Positions 42,125 through 53,392 of a stretch of DNA of 64,000 nucleotides are shown one piece after another. The stretch's first letter is position 1. Every line of letters begins with the position of its first letter. Made by a program: the position numbers and the translations under genes. The stretch is from contig CAVPNL010000018.1 in the NCBI GenBank assembly GCA_963706575.1, forward strand, positions 64,001-128,000, given 5' to 3'. The notes beneath the pieces were generated by a model. The model saw nothing but the letters and a program-made list of their open reading frames with translations, made no database searches and was not told where the DNA came from. The stretch comes from an uncultured delta proteobacterium. Lineage in GTDB: Bacteria; Desulfobacterota; Desulfobacteria; Desulfobacterales; JAHEIW01.

Positions 42125-42730
42125 GCATGACCTCCGAGTTTCCTAACCTCCTCGAATTACATCAACATATTGAAATCATTAAACTTAAAATTTCCATGTT
42201 TTTGATGATTTTCCATGTTTTGACAGATTTTGGAAAATTTTTCTCACACAAATTCACACACAGTATAAAGGTTCCAAAATGTGTATTGGTAAGCGAAATG
42301 AAACACTTTTAGCTTGATCACAGATGTTTTAAATATAGCCGCTATCGAACAAAAATGAAATTGATTCGATTCCGCAATATATTGTGGTCATCGCAATCCC
42401 AAGCATTTAATAAAAATAATAGACTTTGCAATGCAATCTAAATTATAAGATTTTCTTCTACTCGAGGTATATTAAGATACCTGGTGGCGGCGAGATCTGC
42501 GAATTTTGATATACAAAACAGATCTGTCTCTTTGGAACAATTAAGGCTGCCTTCTTAGTATAGGCCAAACATAATTTCACACTGATAAAATATCACAACC
42601 TCATAGCAACCAATTTTTGAGGATGTTCGAACCTATATCGGCAATGAGATAGCGAGAAGAGATCTGTACTTTGTGCCATGTAAACAGATGTTGGAGATAT
42701 TGCAGGTTTTGGAAGTGTAAAAAAGCACGA

Positions 42731-43372
42731 CTAAAATCTGAGTTCTTTCCATGACAAACCTGAGGCTTCAAAGGTTAGCAAACGATCAGAAGTGCGAACT
42801 GTTGCTTTACTATATGTCAGTTTTATTTCCTCAATGGATTCATTAATTCGAAGGTTAATTTCAGTAAAAGCCGTAGATTCCGCTGCTAAACCAAATGCTC
42901 GGCTTGATGTTATCACCACAGCAACATATCTTTCCACTTCCGCTGCAAGTAGCTCATCCTGAATTGGAAGTAGGGTTTCAACAAATCGGTTGGCGCTTGC
43001 ATCAAATCCGACAGCACGATCTTTTGTTACCAGCAAAGCAATATACTCCGATAAGAACGCAACTCCTTTTCCTGTTTCGTCTAACCTCAAAGGCAATGCC
43101 CGCCAAGCATTTAATGAAGTGGATATTACGAAAAAATGCTGATCAGTCAAAAATGCCCCTAAATAACCTTTTGAGCCGCTCCATAGCACCTTCTCATATG
43201 GTTGAAGATCAAAGGTGATGGTCTTTCTCCCCTCGATAATAGCGATAATTTTACCTTTCGATTCTGCAATATCAATTAAATCTTCAATTTCTTCTTCAGC
43301 ATAGGAAGATGTGGTGAATCCAAAAATAAACAAGCAAATTATAATTATAAGAAATTTTTGATATCGCAACAT
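42731..43372 (-). CDS. Hypothetical exported protein with beta-rich repeats
   Basis: Signal peptide (MLRYQKFLIIIICLFIFGFTTSSYA); recurring ~40-aa units (ALLVTKDRAVGF / AVVITSSRAFGL / ATVRTSDRLLTF). Confidence 0.65.
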   Translation of the reverse strand: MLRYQKFLIIIICLFIFGFTTSSYAEEEIEDLIDIAESKGKIIAIIEGRKTITFDLQPYEKVLWSGSKGYLGAFLTDQHFFVISTSLNAWRALPLRLDETGKGVAFLSEYIALLVTKDRAVGFDASANRFVETLLPIQDELLAAEVERYVAVVITSSRAFGLAAESTAFTEINLRINESIEEIKLTYSKATVRTSDRLLTFEASGLSWKELRF

Positions 43373-43740
43373 CGCTCTCCTCCGGAAACAGTTAATTATT
43401 ATTAGGCACATAACCAAGCTAATACCATCTTCACATACCCTGTCAATTTCGAATTAACCAAAATTGCATGTATATTGAGATGTTCTGTATAAAAGCGGTT
43501 CCCGCAAAACGTGAGATACTTTTTATCACAAGGTGCATATATCTGTCATATCAGATCGTTACAAACATACTGATTTTCAGATACCGATTGGATTAATGAT
43601 ATCATCATCGATTTTTCTAAAGCAAACACCATTTTCGGGCATTGCAGCGCAATTTGTTTGGAGCAACGCCATGCGATATACAAAATATATTGCATCTTAA
43701 TGAAATGGTGGACACCGAAACAGTATCCACCATAATCGGT

Positions 43741-44578
43741 TTAGGTGTAAAGATTTTCAATCCATTTCATTGCCTCTGTGTCAGTGATCTTGCCCAGGTA
43801 CCTCTGGGTGGTGGACAGGTTCGAATGGCGTAATATGATCTTGCTCACAATCTCAATGGGCACGCCGGAACGCGATGCAAAAGTGGCTGAGTGACGACGT
43901 AAATCATGGGGTCGCAAATGGATACCAACCGCCTGGCCTGCTTTTATCACCATTATCCGCGCAGCTTCGTAGGAAATAGGAAATATGCGGTCATCTGGAT
44001 TCTGACAGACAGATTTGGCATATTCGCGCAATCTTTCCGCCACCTTCACTGGGATAAATACATATTCGTATTCCCGGCCGCTTTTTGGATCTCGCAGTGT
44101 CAGTTTCTGATCATGGATATCGTTCATTGTCAATTTGAGCACCTCTCCGATGCGCATACCTCCCCTGGCCATCAATTCCAGCATCAGACGGTTGCGGGGT
44201 TGTGTAGTGCGAAAAATAACCTCATCGATGGTCTCTTTTTCGATGATGTTCCAGTGTGTGATTTTCGGGGCTTTAAACAGCATTTTCATCATCGGAACAG
44301 CACAGGGGTTTTCAAAGCTCTCATCCAGGTTGGATTTAATGAAGTTGAAAAATGATGAAAGATGCGAGTAGCGGGTTTTTTTCGTCTGCGGTTTTCGGCC
44401 TGCTGTCAGGTGGTTCAAAAATGCCAAAACTTCATCGGTGGTGATTTCATTAAAAGGTCTTTGGCCAAAATCTTTGCAAAATTTGGAAATAATGGCTTCA
44501 TAGGAGCGAAAAGTATTTTTTTTTGGAATTGACCCGATGATACTCTAAACAACATCTACCTGCCTTTGAAAAATTCAT
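43741..44578 (-). CDS. Tyrosine recombinase/integrase (frameshift in A9 run at 44516-44524)
   Basis: GGMRIGEV, PHDLRRHSAT, ILRHSNLSTTQRY; N-terminal part in another frame. Confidence 0.85.
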
Positions 44579-44922
44579 GATCATACCTCCTTTTGAGTTT
44601 AGGTTAATAAAACATTCCAGCCTGCATTTGAAATTAGGATAACCACAAGATATATGCAACACGGTTGGATCAAAGAAAAACTTCACTCTGGGAGGTCACC
44701 GCATAGTTAGGTTGCCGACAGACTAGGTTGATATCTGTATCCGCCAGTTGAAAACTGAATTGATGATATCACAGGCTTTTTGACTTGATTGGATAATAGG
44801 CATTTGATATTAATTCAAATAATTATAGGTAAACATAGTCTCAATTAATCTGCAATTTTTTAATATTGAGCCCAACCACAACATGTGGCATCCACCAAAG
44901 TTTATGAAATTGAACAATATTT

Positions 44923-46005
44923 ATGAAAAATGTGCCAATGAAGATTGAACAATTCGGTTTCAATAAGTGGTTTCTTGATAGAATTGATCCTACAAAATTA
45001 ATTGATCACCAAATTGCAAGAGTTATTACTGTCAATAAGGATAGTTATACCATCAACAACGGCAAGGGTGATGTATCGGCCGAACTAACTGGTAAACTCA
45101 TGTTCAGCGCTGATTCTCCATTAGATTACCCAGCCACCGGAGATTGGGTAATTGCTCAATATTTTGATAATGATTCCTTTGCCATCATTAGTGAGATTGT
45201 TCCAAGAAAATCTGTATTAAAACGGAAAACATCGGGTAAGAAGATCGAGTTTCAATTAATTGCTACTAATATCGACACTGGCTTAATCGTTCAATCACTT
45301 GACAACAATTATAATCTCAGACGATTAGAACGCTATCTGGTCATGATAAATCAGAGCGATATCCAACCGGTTGTATTATTGAGTAAAAGTGATCTACTTC
45401 CAGTTAGTGAGATAGATAAAAAAGTTGATGAAATTCATGCTCTAATTCCTGACCTTCGAGTATTGCCTTTTAGCAATGAAGACAATACAAAGCTGAAACT
45501 TGTCAAAGAGTTGTTGGCTCCTCGTAAAACTTATTGTTTGCTTGGGTCATCGGGGGTTGGTAAATCTACCTTAATAAATAACCTTCTGGATGAAGTGCGA
45601 CTTAAAACCCATAACGTTAGAGAAAAAGACGGAAAAGGAAGACATATAACGACATGCCGTCATTTGATAAAATTAAAAAATGGGGCAATGATCATTGATA
45701 CGCCAGGTATGCGAGAACTCGGAAATTTTGCGATTGATACTGGTATTCATGGCACATTTGATGAAATTACAGAACTTTCAAATCAATGCCGCTATAATGA
45801 TTGTACCCATACACAAGAGCAAGGCTGTTCAATATTGGCTGCGTTAAAAGACGGAATAATTTCTCAGGAACGTTATCAAAATTTTGTTAAATTAAATAAT
45901 GAATCTGCTTTTTATGAAATGTCATATATAGAGAAAAAGCGAAAAGATAAAAAGTTTGGGAAATTGGTTAAATCTGTAATGAAAGAAAAAAAACACAGAA
46001 GGTAG
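44923..46005 (+). CDS. rsgA: Ribosome small subunit-dependent GTPase A
   Basis: Circularly permuted GTPase: LSKSD, GSSGVGKST, GRHITT, IDTPG, zinc motif CRYNDCTHTQEQGC. Confidence 0.92.
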   Translation: MKNVPMKIEQFGFNKWFLDRIDPTKLIDHQIARVITVNKDSYTINNGKGDVSAELTGKLMFSADSPLDYPATGDWVIAQYFDNDSFAIISEIVPRKSVLKRKTSGKKIEFQLIATNIDTGLIVQSLDNNYNLRRLERYLVMINQSDIQPVVLLSKSDLLPVSEIDKKVDEIHALIPDLRVLPFSNEDNTKLKLVKELLAPRKTYCLLGSSGVGKSTLINNLLDEVRLKTHNVREKDGKGRHITTCRHLIKLKNGAMIIDTPGMRELGNFAIDTGIHGTFDEITELSNQCRYNDCTHTQEQGCSILAALKDGIISQERYQNFVKLNNESAFYEMSYIEKKRKDKKFGKLVKSVMKEKKHRR

Positions 46006-46260
46006 AAACAAACACTGTCGAGTTTTTCTATTTTTTGGATACTACAAGATATTGTGGTTTTAAGTGCTTATAGGAAAGGAGTGATATCTCCAACTGAGTC
46101 CAATTCCACCCCTTTTCTGCCTGGTTTGGATATACAAAAAATATAGCAACAACCGCCTAAAATTAATAAAGCGCATATTTCGGATTTAATTCAATCAATG
46201 GTGATATACATTCCAGATTTCAATTAATTGGTGTTCAAGATATTATTTTTAATGCAATAT

Positions 46261-46431
46261 TACTACTGTCCAATTAAAAATGGCATTGTCTGTTGTAAAT
46301 GCAACAACAACAAGGGTTTTTAGCAAAATTTAAATGGTACCGATTTCAATTTTGATAAAAATTCACTACTAATAATATCAGTGGGTTAGAAGGCGAAAAC
46401 CCTTGTTTTAGAGCTTAATTGGACACTACTG
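46261..46431. mobile_element. 171-bp MITE / deleted IS with 9-bp target duplication
   Basis: TIR TACTACTGTCCAATTAA vs CAGTAGTGTCCAATTAA (14/17); ATGCAATAT on both flanks. Confidence 0.7.
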
Positions 46432-46701
46432 ATGCAATATATATCTTTGTTTTACAAAATACGCGAAATAATGAATATCTGTAGTATTGGTTGAATAAAT
46501 GTATGTTGGAGATAACACCACTGGCTCTTAAAGACTTATGCCAGAAATCTCCAATCTAATTCAAAAGTGATTATACTACATCTTGTGGTGTGACCTATTT
46601 GGCGGATTGGGATATCTTCGAGTGCTAATCCACATACAGATATGGATTTAAACCACAAATTATAAGGCTGGTATCCGTGTTGCGCTATGTTGGTATCTAA
46701 A

Positions 46702-46775
46702 TACTAACACCAGTTTAAGCCGCAAATATTGCCGCTTCGCGGCGATATTTGTCGGTCTTGAAACATTTGTTAGCT
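46702..46775 (-). mobile_element. Integron attC-like site
   Basis: GCTAACAAATGTTTCAAGACCGAC-palindrome-GCGGCTTAAACTGGTGTTAG; overlaps the methyltransferase stop codon. Confidence 0.75.
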
Positions 46776-47408
46776 TTCGCTTTTTTGGGCGACTACAGTA
46801 ATCCAGTTTTTTCCAGGTAGACTATTTATTTTTTCTATCTGATATCCTGCTTCAGACAGAAAATCTTTGTATTCATCCGGTGTATGAATCTTCATATCAA
46901 GTAGATTGACCAATTTACTATTTCGTTTTTCAAACTGATCATTTTTATATGATGCATTAACTAATAAAAGAAATGCTCCTGGTTTTAATACACGTTTTAC
47001 CTCTATTAAATCATTAATTAAGTCAGGCCAAAAATAATATGTTTCAAATGCCGTTACAAAATCAAACATGTTATCTGGAAATGGTAAAGACGAAACAATG
47101 CCATACATTATTTCAACAATGCTCTGTTTTATCAGGTTATCATTTACCTTTTTTGATAATTGAACCATATCCTCAGAATAATCAATTCCGTAGACCTTTC
47201 CTTTTGATACAGATGAAGCTATCTCTTTAACGGCCTTTCCTCCACCACAACCTATATCAAGAACACATGAATCCGGTTTGATGGAAATATGACTAAGTCC
47301 CCACTGCCTAACTTTAGTATGCCCGAAATTCATAGATCTTCCGACAAATCTACCAAAACGACCTGAAGGTTTTCTACATTGCATTACAAATTTTTTAAAC
47401 AATCCCAT
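46770..47408 (-). CDS. Class I SAM-dependent methyltransferase (gene cassette)
   Basis: VLDIGCGGG, GIDYS, LPFPDNMFD. Confidence 0.9.
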   Translation of the reverse strand: MGLFKKFVMQCRKPSGRFGRFVGRSMNFGHTKVRQWGLSHISIKPDSCVLDIGCGGGKAVKEIASSVSKGKVYGIDYSEDMVQLSKKVNDNLIKQSIVEIMYGIVSSLPFPDNMFDFVTAFETYYFWPDLINDLIEVKRVLKPGAFLLLVNASYKNDQFEKRNSKLVNLLDMKIHTPDEYKDFLSEAGYQIEKINSLPGKNWITVVAQKSES

Positions 47409-48271
47409 GATTTACTCCATTAATTGTATAAGCTAACCAGTTATCATATTGAACTGTATATCATCAAATTGGGGATGTTATACAGAAAATGATTATTGGA
47501 GCGGACTTGAGATACATTGATATGGCTTAGCGAAATCTACAGATATCAAATCCGATCTGTACATATCAATCTTCGAAGAAGCACTGCATGTACCAATTTT
47601 TAACGAATATGCTGAACAAGATGTTGTGGTTGTATAATATCTATTGATTAGAAGACTACGCTAATAAGTCTCTATTTTGGGAAATACAGGTATATTGAGA
47701 TGAGCACATGAATCAGCTCCTCTTAAAAGCATGTGATATACAACGATCTGAAATTCCCTGATAATCACAGATACCATCATTCACCTGTACCTATCAACTT
47801 TTTATTAGTGCAGATCCCCATTCGATATCTTGACAATGATTGAGATTGGATCATGTAATCTATTCTTTCCCAAAATTCAGATCGATCCCCATATATTGCG
47901 GTTGCTGTAGACGTTATCAGAGTTTACATGTCGTGCCTATAGATAAACATTTGCAAAAGTAAAGATTCCATATTCAAATCAAAAATCCTGTTTTACTCAT
48001 TTTTCTTTCCACCAGACGTTCGCCCTACGAAAGCAAAAAAACCTTTGATTAAATCAGGGATAGCTCAGACGACCTACGGATTCTTCGATTTAGTGCTCAA
48101 GCTTATTACCTTTTTCGCATTTCATATATATTTGAATTTACATAATATCTTATTCTTACAGTCATTTCGATTTATCCGGTTTTATACAAATCTTAGATAT
48201 TTTTCTCACACAGAGTCTCACATAAACAAAAAAAGGGTTACAGCATTTTCGCTATAACCCTTTGATTTTAC

Positions 48272-48348
<77 letters not shown>

Positions 48349-48384
48349 AGAGCAGAATTGAGCATGCTCAATTCTGCATTGGAA

Positions 48385-48461
48385 TGGGGTGAGTGATGGG
48401 ATTTGAACCCACGACCGCCGAGGCCACAACCCGGTGCTCTACCAACTGAGCTACACCCACC
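48385..48461 (-). tRNA. tRNA-His(GUG)
   Basis: Cloverleaf with GTG anticodon, G-1:C73 pair, encoded CCA. Confidence 0.95.
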
Positions 48462-48665
48462 ATAATCGAATTTTAGATTTTAGATTTCAGACTGCGGATT
48501 ATTAGCAAATATGAGCTGTGATTTCAAGAGGAAAAACCAGGTATTGACGGCACTAAGCTTCTCATATAAGGATTACCTAATCTGAGCGTTTCAAATTAAG
48601 AATTAGTCTCCAGCCTGCATGCACCAACCGAAATTATCAAAATTAACAAGCGCAGGGATCTTAAA

Positions 48666-48839
48666 GTGAATCAGTTTTCAATTTTCATAATCAGAGCCGT
48701 TGTGGGCCTGGCGTTTGCCACCCTCGTTACCCGGATGTTTCACGGCAGTATCGATCCCGGGTATGTGCTCGGCCTGGCTGCCATATTGGTCGGATTGGCC
48801 TATTTTGCGGAATACTTGCGGAAAAGAAAAAAAGGCTGA
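48666..48839 (+). CDS. Small two-TM membrane protein (57 aa)
   Basis: MNQFSIFIIRAVVGLAFATLVTRMFHGSIDPGYVLGLAAILVGLAYFAEYLRKRKKG; below the ORF-track cutoff. Confidence 0.55.
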   Translation: MNQFSIFIIRAVVGLAFATLVTRMFHGSIDPGYVLGLAAILVGLAYFAEYLRKRKKG

Positions 48840-48930
48840 ATCCTCACGCAAAGGCGTAAAGAAAAAATTCAGTAGAAGCCATCAAAACCGGACGTCCCGC
48901 AGTGAATAATTTTACAGGGAGATTCGTTTA

Positions 48931-50841
48931 GTGAAACAGATCATTCTGGGAACCGCCGGGCATATCGATCATGGCAAGACCAGCCTGATTAAGGCCCTGA
49001 CCGGCACCGATACCGATCGCTTAAAGGAGGAAAAAGAGCGGGGCATTACGATTGAGCTCGGGTTCGCCGCCCTTGATCTTCCCAGCGGTCAGCATCTGGG
49101 CATCGTCGATGTGCCCGGTCATGAAAAATTCGTAAAAAACATGGTGGCCGGGGCTACCGGAATTGATATCGTCGTTATGGTCATCGCAGCCGACGAGGGT
49201 GTCATGCCCCAGACGCGCGAGCATATGGAGATATGCACCCTGCTGGGGGTGAAACACGGTATGGTGGCCGTAACCAAAATTGATATGGTCGATGAAGAGT
49301 GGCTGGAGCTTGCCCTCGATGATATCGCCGATTTTGTCAGGGGCACCTTTTTGGAGGACGCACCGGTGGCAACCGTTTCTTCCGTAACCCAGGAAGGCAT
49401 TCCTGAATTCGTCAAGACGCTGGATGAACTCGCCGCAAAAATCCCCGAACGCCCGCCCTCTGACCTGTTCCGCCTGCCGATTGACCGCGTCTTTACCATC
49501 AAAGGGTTTGGAACCGTCATCACGGGCACCCTGATTTCCGGCCAGGTTCAGGTCGGCAGTACCATCATGATTTATCCGTCGGGAATCACATCCAAAGTGC
49601 GCGGAATCCAGGTTCACAACAAAAGTGCCGACGAAGCCAGGGCCGGCATGCGAACCGCTATCAATTTTCAAGGTCTTGAAAAAGAAGCCATCAGCCGGGG
49701 CCAAGTGCTCTCCAAGCCAAACACCCTGGAGGCAAGTTACATGGTGGACGTATCTTTACATTATCTGGCAAGCAATAAAAAGCCGATAAAAAATCGCACC
49801 CGGGTCAGATTGCATACCGGCACCAGTGAAGTGCTCGGCAACCTGATTGTACTGGATCGCGAAGAACTTGCACCCGGTGAAGACACAGTTGTCCAGCTGC
49901 GATTGGATACTCCGGTGGCACTCGTTAAAGATGACCGCTTTGTCATCCGCAGCTATTCTCCCATATCCACTATCGGCGGCGGAAAGGTGCTCAATCCCAT
50001 CCCCTCAAAACACAAACGTTTCAAGCCCGACGCGGTTGAAAGATTAAAAGCATTGGGCCACCAGGCGCCGGAAGCCATTATTTCATTTCACGTCGAAGCT
50101 TCCGGTTACCAGGGAGTTTCCTTCGCTCATTTGAAAATAATGACCAATTTGCCGGATAAACAGCTTGAAAATGTTCTGCAAGGCATGTTGTCCCAAAAAA
50201 TACTTATTCAGATCGACAAAGAAAACCGGATCTATATCCACAATAACTGCTTTGAGAAGCTTAAAAACGACACCCGGCGCCAGCTTGCCGATTATCACAA
50301 GGCCAATCCCCTCAAACCGGGCATGCCGAAAGAAGAACTTAAATCCAAATTCCCTCCCCTTTTGACCTCAAAATTGTTCAACCTGACGTTGAATCAGATG
50401 ATCAAAGAAAAAGAAATCGCTCAGGAAGAAAATATCATAAGGCTGGCTTCGCATGCGGTCTCCCTTGGCGGCAAACAGGCGGATGTTAAGGATAAAATCC
50501 TGAAAACTTATCTTGCCGCGGGGCTTGAACCCCCCTATTTCAAGGAGTTTGCCAAATCTCTGGATGCCGATGCCAAACGGTCGCGGGAAGTTCTCATGCA
50601 TCTGGTGAATGAAGGAATCATCGTCAAGGTCAAAGAAGATCTGTTTTTTCACTCCGAGGCCATCGCTAACCTCAAGAAGAAATTGGTGAAATTTCTTGGG
50701 GCTCAGGCAGAGATCACGACTCCGCAATTCAAGGAAATGACCGCCGTATCCCGTAAGTACGTCATTCCGCTGGCCGAGTATTTCGACTCGACGAATGTTA
50801 CCCTGAGAGTCGGAGATGTCAGAAAGCTTCGCAAGGGTTGA
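48931..50841 (+). CDS. selB: Selenocysteine-specific elongation factor
   Basis: [33 protein letters not shown]-terminal winged helix [13 protein letters not shown]. Confidence 0.96.
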   Translation: MKQIILGTAGHIDHGKTSLIKALTGTDTDRLKEEKERGITIELGFAALDLPSGQHLGIVDVPGHEKFVKNMVAGATGIDIVVMVIAADEGVMPQTREHMEICTLLGVKHGMVAVTKIDMVDEEWLELALDDIADFVRGTFLEDAPVATVSSVTQEGIPEFVKTLDELAAKIPERPPSDLFRLPIDRVFTIKGFGTVITGTLISGQVQVGSTIMIYPSGITSKVRGIQVHNKSADEARAGMRTAINFQGLEKEAISRGQVLSKPNTLEASYMVDVSLHYLASNKKPIKNRTRVRLHTGTSEVLGNLIVLDREELAPGEDTVVQLRLDTPVALVKDDRFVIRSYSPISTIGGGKVLNPIPSKHKRFKPDAVERLKALGHQAPEAIISFHVEASGYQGVSFAHLKIMTNLPDKQLENVLQGMLSQKILIQIDKENRIYIHNNCFEKLKNDTRRQLADYHKANPLKPGMPKEELKSKFPPLLTSKLFNLTLNQMIKEKEIAQEENIIRLASHAVSLGGKQADVKDKILKTYLAAGLEPPYFKEFAKSLDADAKRSREVLMHLVNEGIIVKVKEDLFFHSEAIANLKKKLVKFLGAQAEITTPQFKEMTAVSRKYVIPLAEYFDSTNVTLRVGDVRKLRKG

Positions 50842-50844
50842 TGT

Positions 50845-50958
50845 TCATGAAAGTGTAGTCATTTTTTCCTCAGCTTTGTTCTTCCATCCCTCGGCCCCGC
50901 ATTCTTTACAAAACTTCGCCCTTTCACGATTCTCAAACTGACACTGCGGGCATTTCAT
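50845..50958 (-). pseudogene. Zinc-ribbon N-terminus fused to a C-terminal tail (collapsed large gene)
   Basis: MKCPQCQFENRERAKFCKECGA-EGWKNKAEEKMTTLS with GGAGGG RBS. Confidence 0.55.
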
Positions 50959-51173
50959 CGTGATGCCCTCCATTAATGAAGTTATGCAGTTTGAATTCGG
51001 ATGAAGGAATCCGGGATAACCAAAAAACAAATACCGTAATCACTTCTTCTTGTCAATTATGGGGATTTTCAATCATAAACCCCTCTCCCTTGAAAGCAGA
51101 GCTTGCCTTTGATATCAATTGAAAAAGATCCGGTTACTTTTAATCATTAATTAAAAAATAGTGAGATGAGGTT

Positions 51174-52097
51174 ATGGCTATAATTAGAGAGGTTGCAGAT
51201 AAAATATACGAGATCAGGCCTGAAGGAAAGGCGCTTGAGCGCTTTCCTCTATGCACTGTTTATCTTATCATGGATGATAATGCGGCTCTGGTGGAGGTGG
51301 GTTGCTCTGTTCAGATACCGGATATTCTGGAAGCGGTGGGCCAACTGGGCTACGATATAAGAAAACTTTCATATATTATCCCAACCCATGTTCACATAGA
51401 TCATGCTGGAGGAGCGGGAGTTCTAGCGCGGCAATTGCCACAAACGAAGGTGGTGGCTTACTCGCGGGCGGTTAAAGTCCTTGCAGACGAGTCCATCCTC
51501 GAAAGAATGATGCGGGGCTTTATGCAAATCTATGGGGAGGATGCCAAGGAGCGATTCGGCGAGATGGTCCCGGTTGCTGAAGAAAGATTTGTACGGGTCG
51601 AGGATGGGGACAGCATTCCTTTAGGACATAGAGATTTGAAAGTCATTCATACTCCGGGTCATGACCCCAATCACCTATGCTTTTTAGACACCAGGAGCAG
51701 GGGGATGTTTAGCGGCGATGCATTGGGCGCGTATTTCTCTGAAATGGAAGTTTTCTTTACGTGCCCCGTACCAGGCTCTGATCCCTTTTTATTCCTGCAA
51801 AGCATAGAGAAACTGAAGAACCTTAAACCTGAACTGGTGTTTTTTTCACATGGCAGCGCCACCAGAGATGCAGACAAGATTATTCAATCAGCATTAGATG
51901 GGGCCCGGCAATGCCATGACACCGCGCTTGAAGCCCTCAGATCGGATGAAGATCAGAATGAGGTGGCTCGCAGACTGATAGAAATTATGGCCGTAGGTTC
52001 TGCCCAGGCCAGATCAGATTTATCCGATTGGCCCTATTTCATACCCATAGCGGTTGAAGGATACCGGCAACACTTCAAGAAAAATAATATGATTTAA
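51174..52097 (+). CDS. Metallo-beta-lactamase-fold hydrolase
   Basis: THVHIDHAGG, HTPGH, FSGD, FSHG. Confidence 0.88.
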   Translation: MAIIREVADKIYEIRPEGKALERFPLCTVYLIMDDNAALVEVGCSVQIPDILEAVGQLGYDIRKLSYIIPTHVHIDHAGGAGVLARQLPQTKVVAYSRAVKVLADESILERMMRGFMQIYGEDAKERFGEMVPVAEERFVRVEDGDSIPLGHRDLKVIHTPGHDPNHLCFLDTRSRGMFSGDALGAYFSEMEVFFTCPVPGSDPFLFLQSIEKLKNLKPELVFFSHGSATRDADKIIQSALDGARQCHDTALEALRSDEDQNEVARRLIEIMAVGSAQARSDLSDWPYFIPIAVEGYRQHFKKNNMI

Positions 52098-52183
52098 TTT
52101 CCTCTACTGCATTTTTCAAACCTGTAGGATCTCCAACATATCAACGCCAAAAAAATCTGTGATATCCTTCAGGAAAGGAAGCA

Positions 52184-53374
52184 TCAAATCCCGGTTTCGG
52201 TATCGGAAACACCCCGGGTAACAAACATCGATGTAATGCTATCCAGATAAACCCGCCCCCGTCGTGTTAACGCGCAACGGCTATTTTTGACTTCAATAAA
52301 ATTTCGTTCTGCAAGATCGGTAATAACTTCTTCAAAGGCCTTAATAAAATCGATCCTAAATTTTGCCTTGAACCCGACCAGATCGATTCCAGCGGTCATT
52401 CTCAAGCCCAGGTAAATGGATTCGATCATTTGCTGTTCCGCGGTGAGGACTTCCTTTTCAGCCACAGTCAACCGGCCGGATTCAATGGCTGCGATATAGG
52501 AACGAACATCTGACACATTCCAGAAGCGCTGCGGTTCGACAAACGAGTGCGCGGAAGGCCCCAGGCCAATGTAAGGTGCAAACGTCCAGTACTTCAGATT
52601 ATGCCTGGAGATGTGCGGCTTTTTGTCTTTTCCGATCCGGGCAAAATTTGATATTTCGTATTGAAAATATTTATGATCTTCCAAATAATCGATGGTGGTT
52701 TCAAAAAGCCTTCGTACCTTATCCTCCGCCAGCGGTTGGACCCGTCCTTGTTTCAGGCCGCTGTGTAGCGCCGTTCCTTTTTCATAGGTGAGCATGTAAC
52801 AGGACAGATGGACGGGATCGTATTCAATGGCCTGTTTCAGGTCCTCGAGCCAATCCGATTTAGATTGATCCGGCAGGCCGTAGATCAAGTCAAGCCCAAT
52901 GTTTTTAAAACCCGCCCGCTGTGCCCCGGTTACGGCGCTACAAGCCTCATTGGCGGTATGGATGCGTCCCAGAAAATCGAGACTTCTCTGATAAAATGAT
53001 TGCACTCCGATATTGATGCGGTTGATGCCGGCCTCGCGGTAGCCATTCAATTGCTCAAGTGACACAGTCCCGGGATTGACCTCAATGGTCATTTCACAAT
53101 CAGGCTGGAAATCAAAATTTTGAGAAACTGCGGAAATGATTCGGCCGATATCATGATATCCATAAACGGACGGTGTCCCGCCGCCGATATAGAGCGTATC
53201 AAAACACAGCCCTTCAGCAGAAACCAGTTCCATTTCAGCGATCAGCGCTTTCAGAAACATCGGCTTCAGCGCCAAATCGGTTACCGAATAAAAATCACAA
53301 TACGGGCATTTCCGCACACAAAACGGAATGTGGATGTATACCCCGGCATTCTGGCTGTATGATAAATTCATCAT
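52184..53374 (-). CDS. hemW: Radical SAM heme chaperone HemW (HemN-like)
   Basis: YIHIPFCVRKCPYCDF, GGGTPS, YEISNF, HNLKYW. Confidence 0.88.
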   Translation of the reverse strand: MMNLSYSQNAGVYIHIPFCVRKCPYCDFYSVTDLALKPMFLKALIAEMELVSAEGLCFDTLYIGGGTPSVYGYHDIGRIISAVSQNFDFQPDCEMTIEVNPGTVSLEQLNGYREAGINRINIGVQSFYQRSLDFLGRIHTANEACSAVTGAQRAGFKNIGLDLIYGLPDQSKSDWLEDLKQAIEYDPVHLSCYMLTYEKGTALHSGLKQGRVQPLAEDKVRRLFETTIDYLEDHKYFQYEISNFARIGKDKKPHISRHNLKYWTFAPYIGLGPSAHSFVEPQRFWNVSDVRSYIAAIESGRLTVAEKEVLTAEQQMIESIYLGLRMTAGIDLVGFKAKFRIDFIKAFEEVITDLAERNFIEVKNSRCALTRRGRVYLDSITSMFVTRGVSDTETGI

Positions 53375-53392
53375 CGTTATAGTTCAGGGAAA

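Noticed and set aside
43741..44578. Integron integrase IntI
   Set aside because: No visible IntI-specific insertion and atypical box II; treated as a generic tyrosine recombinase.
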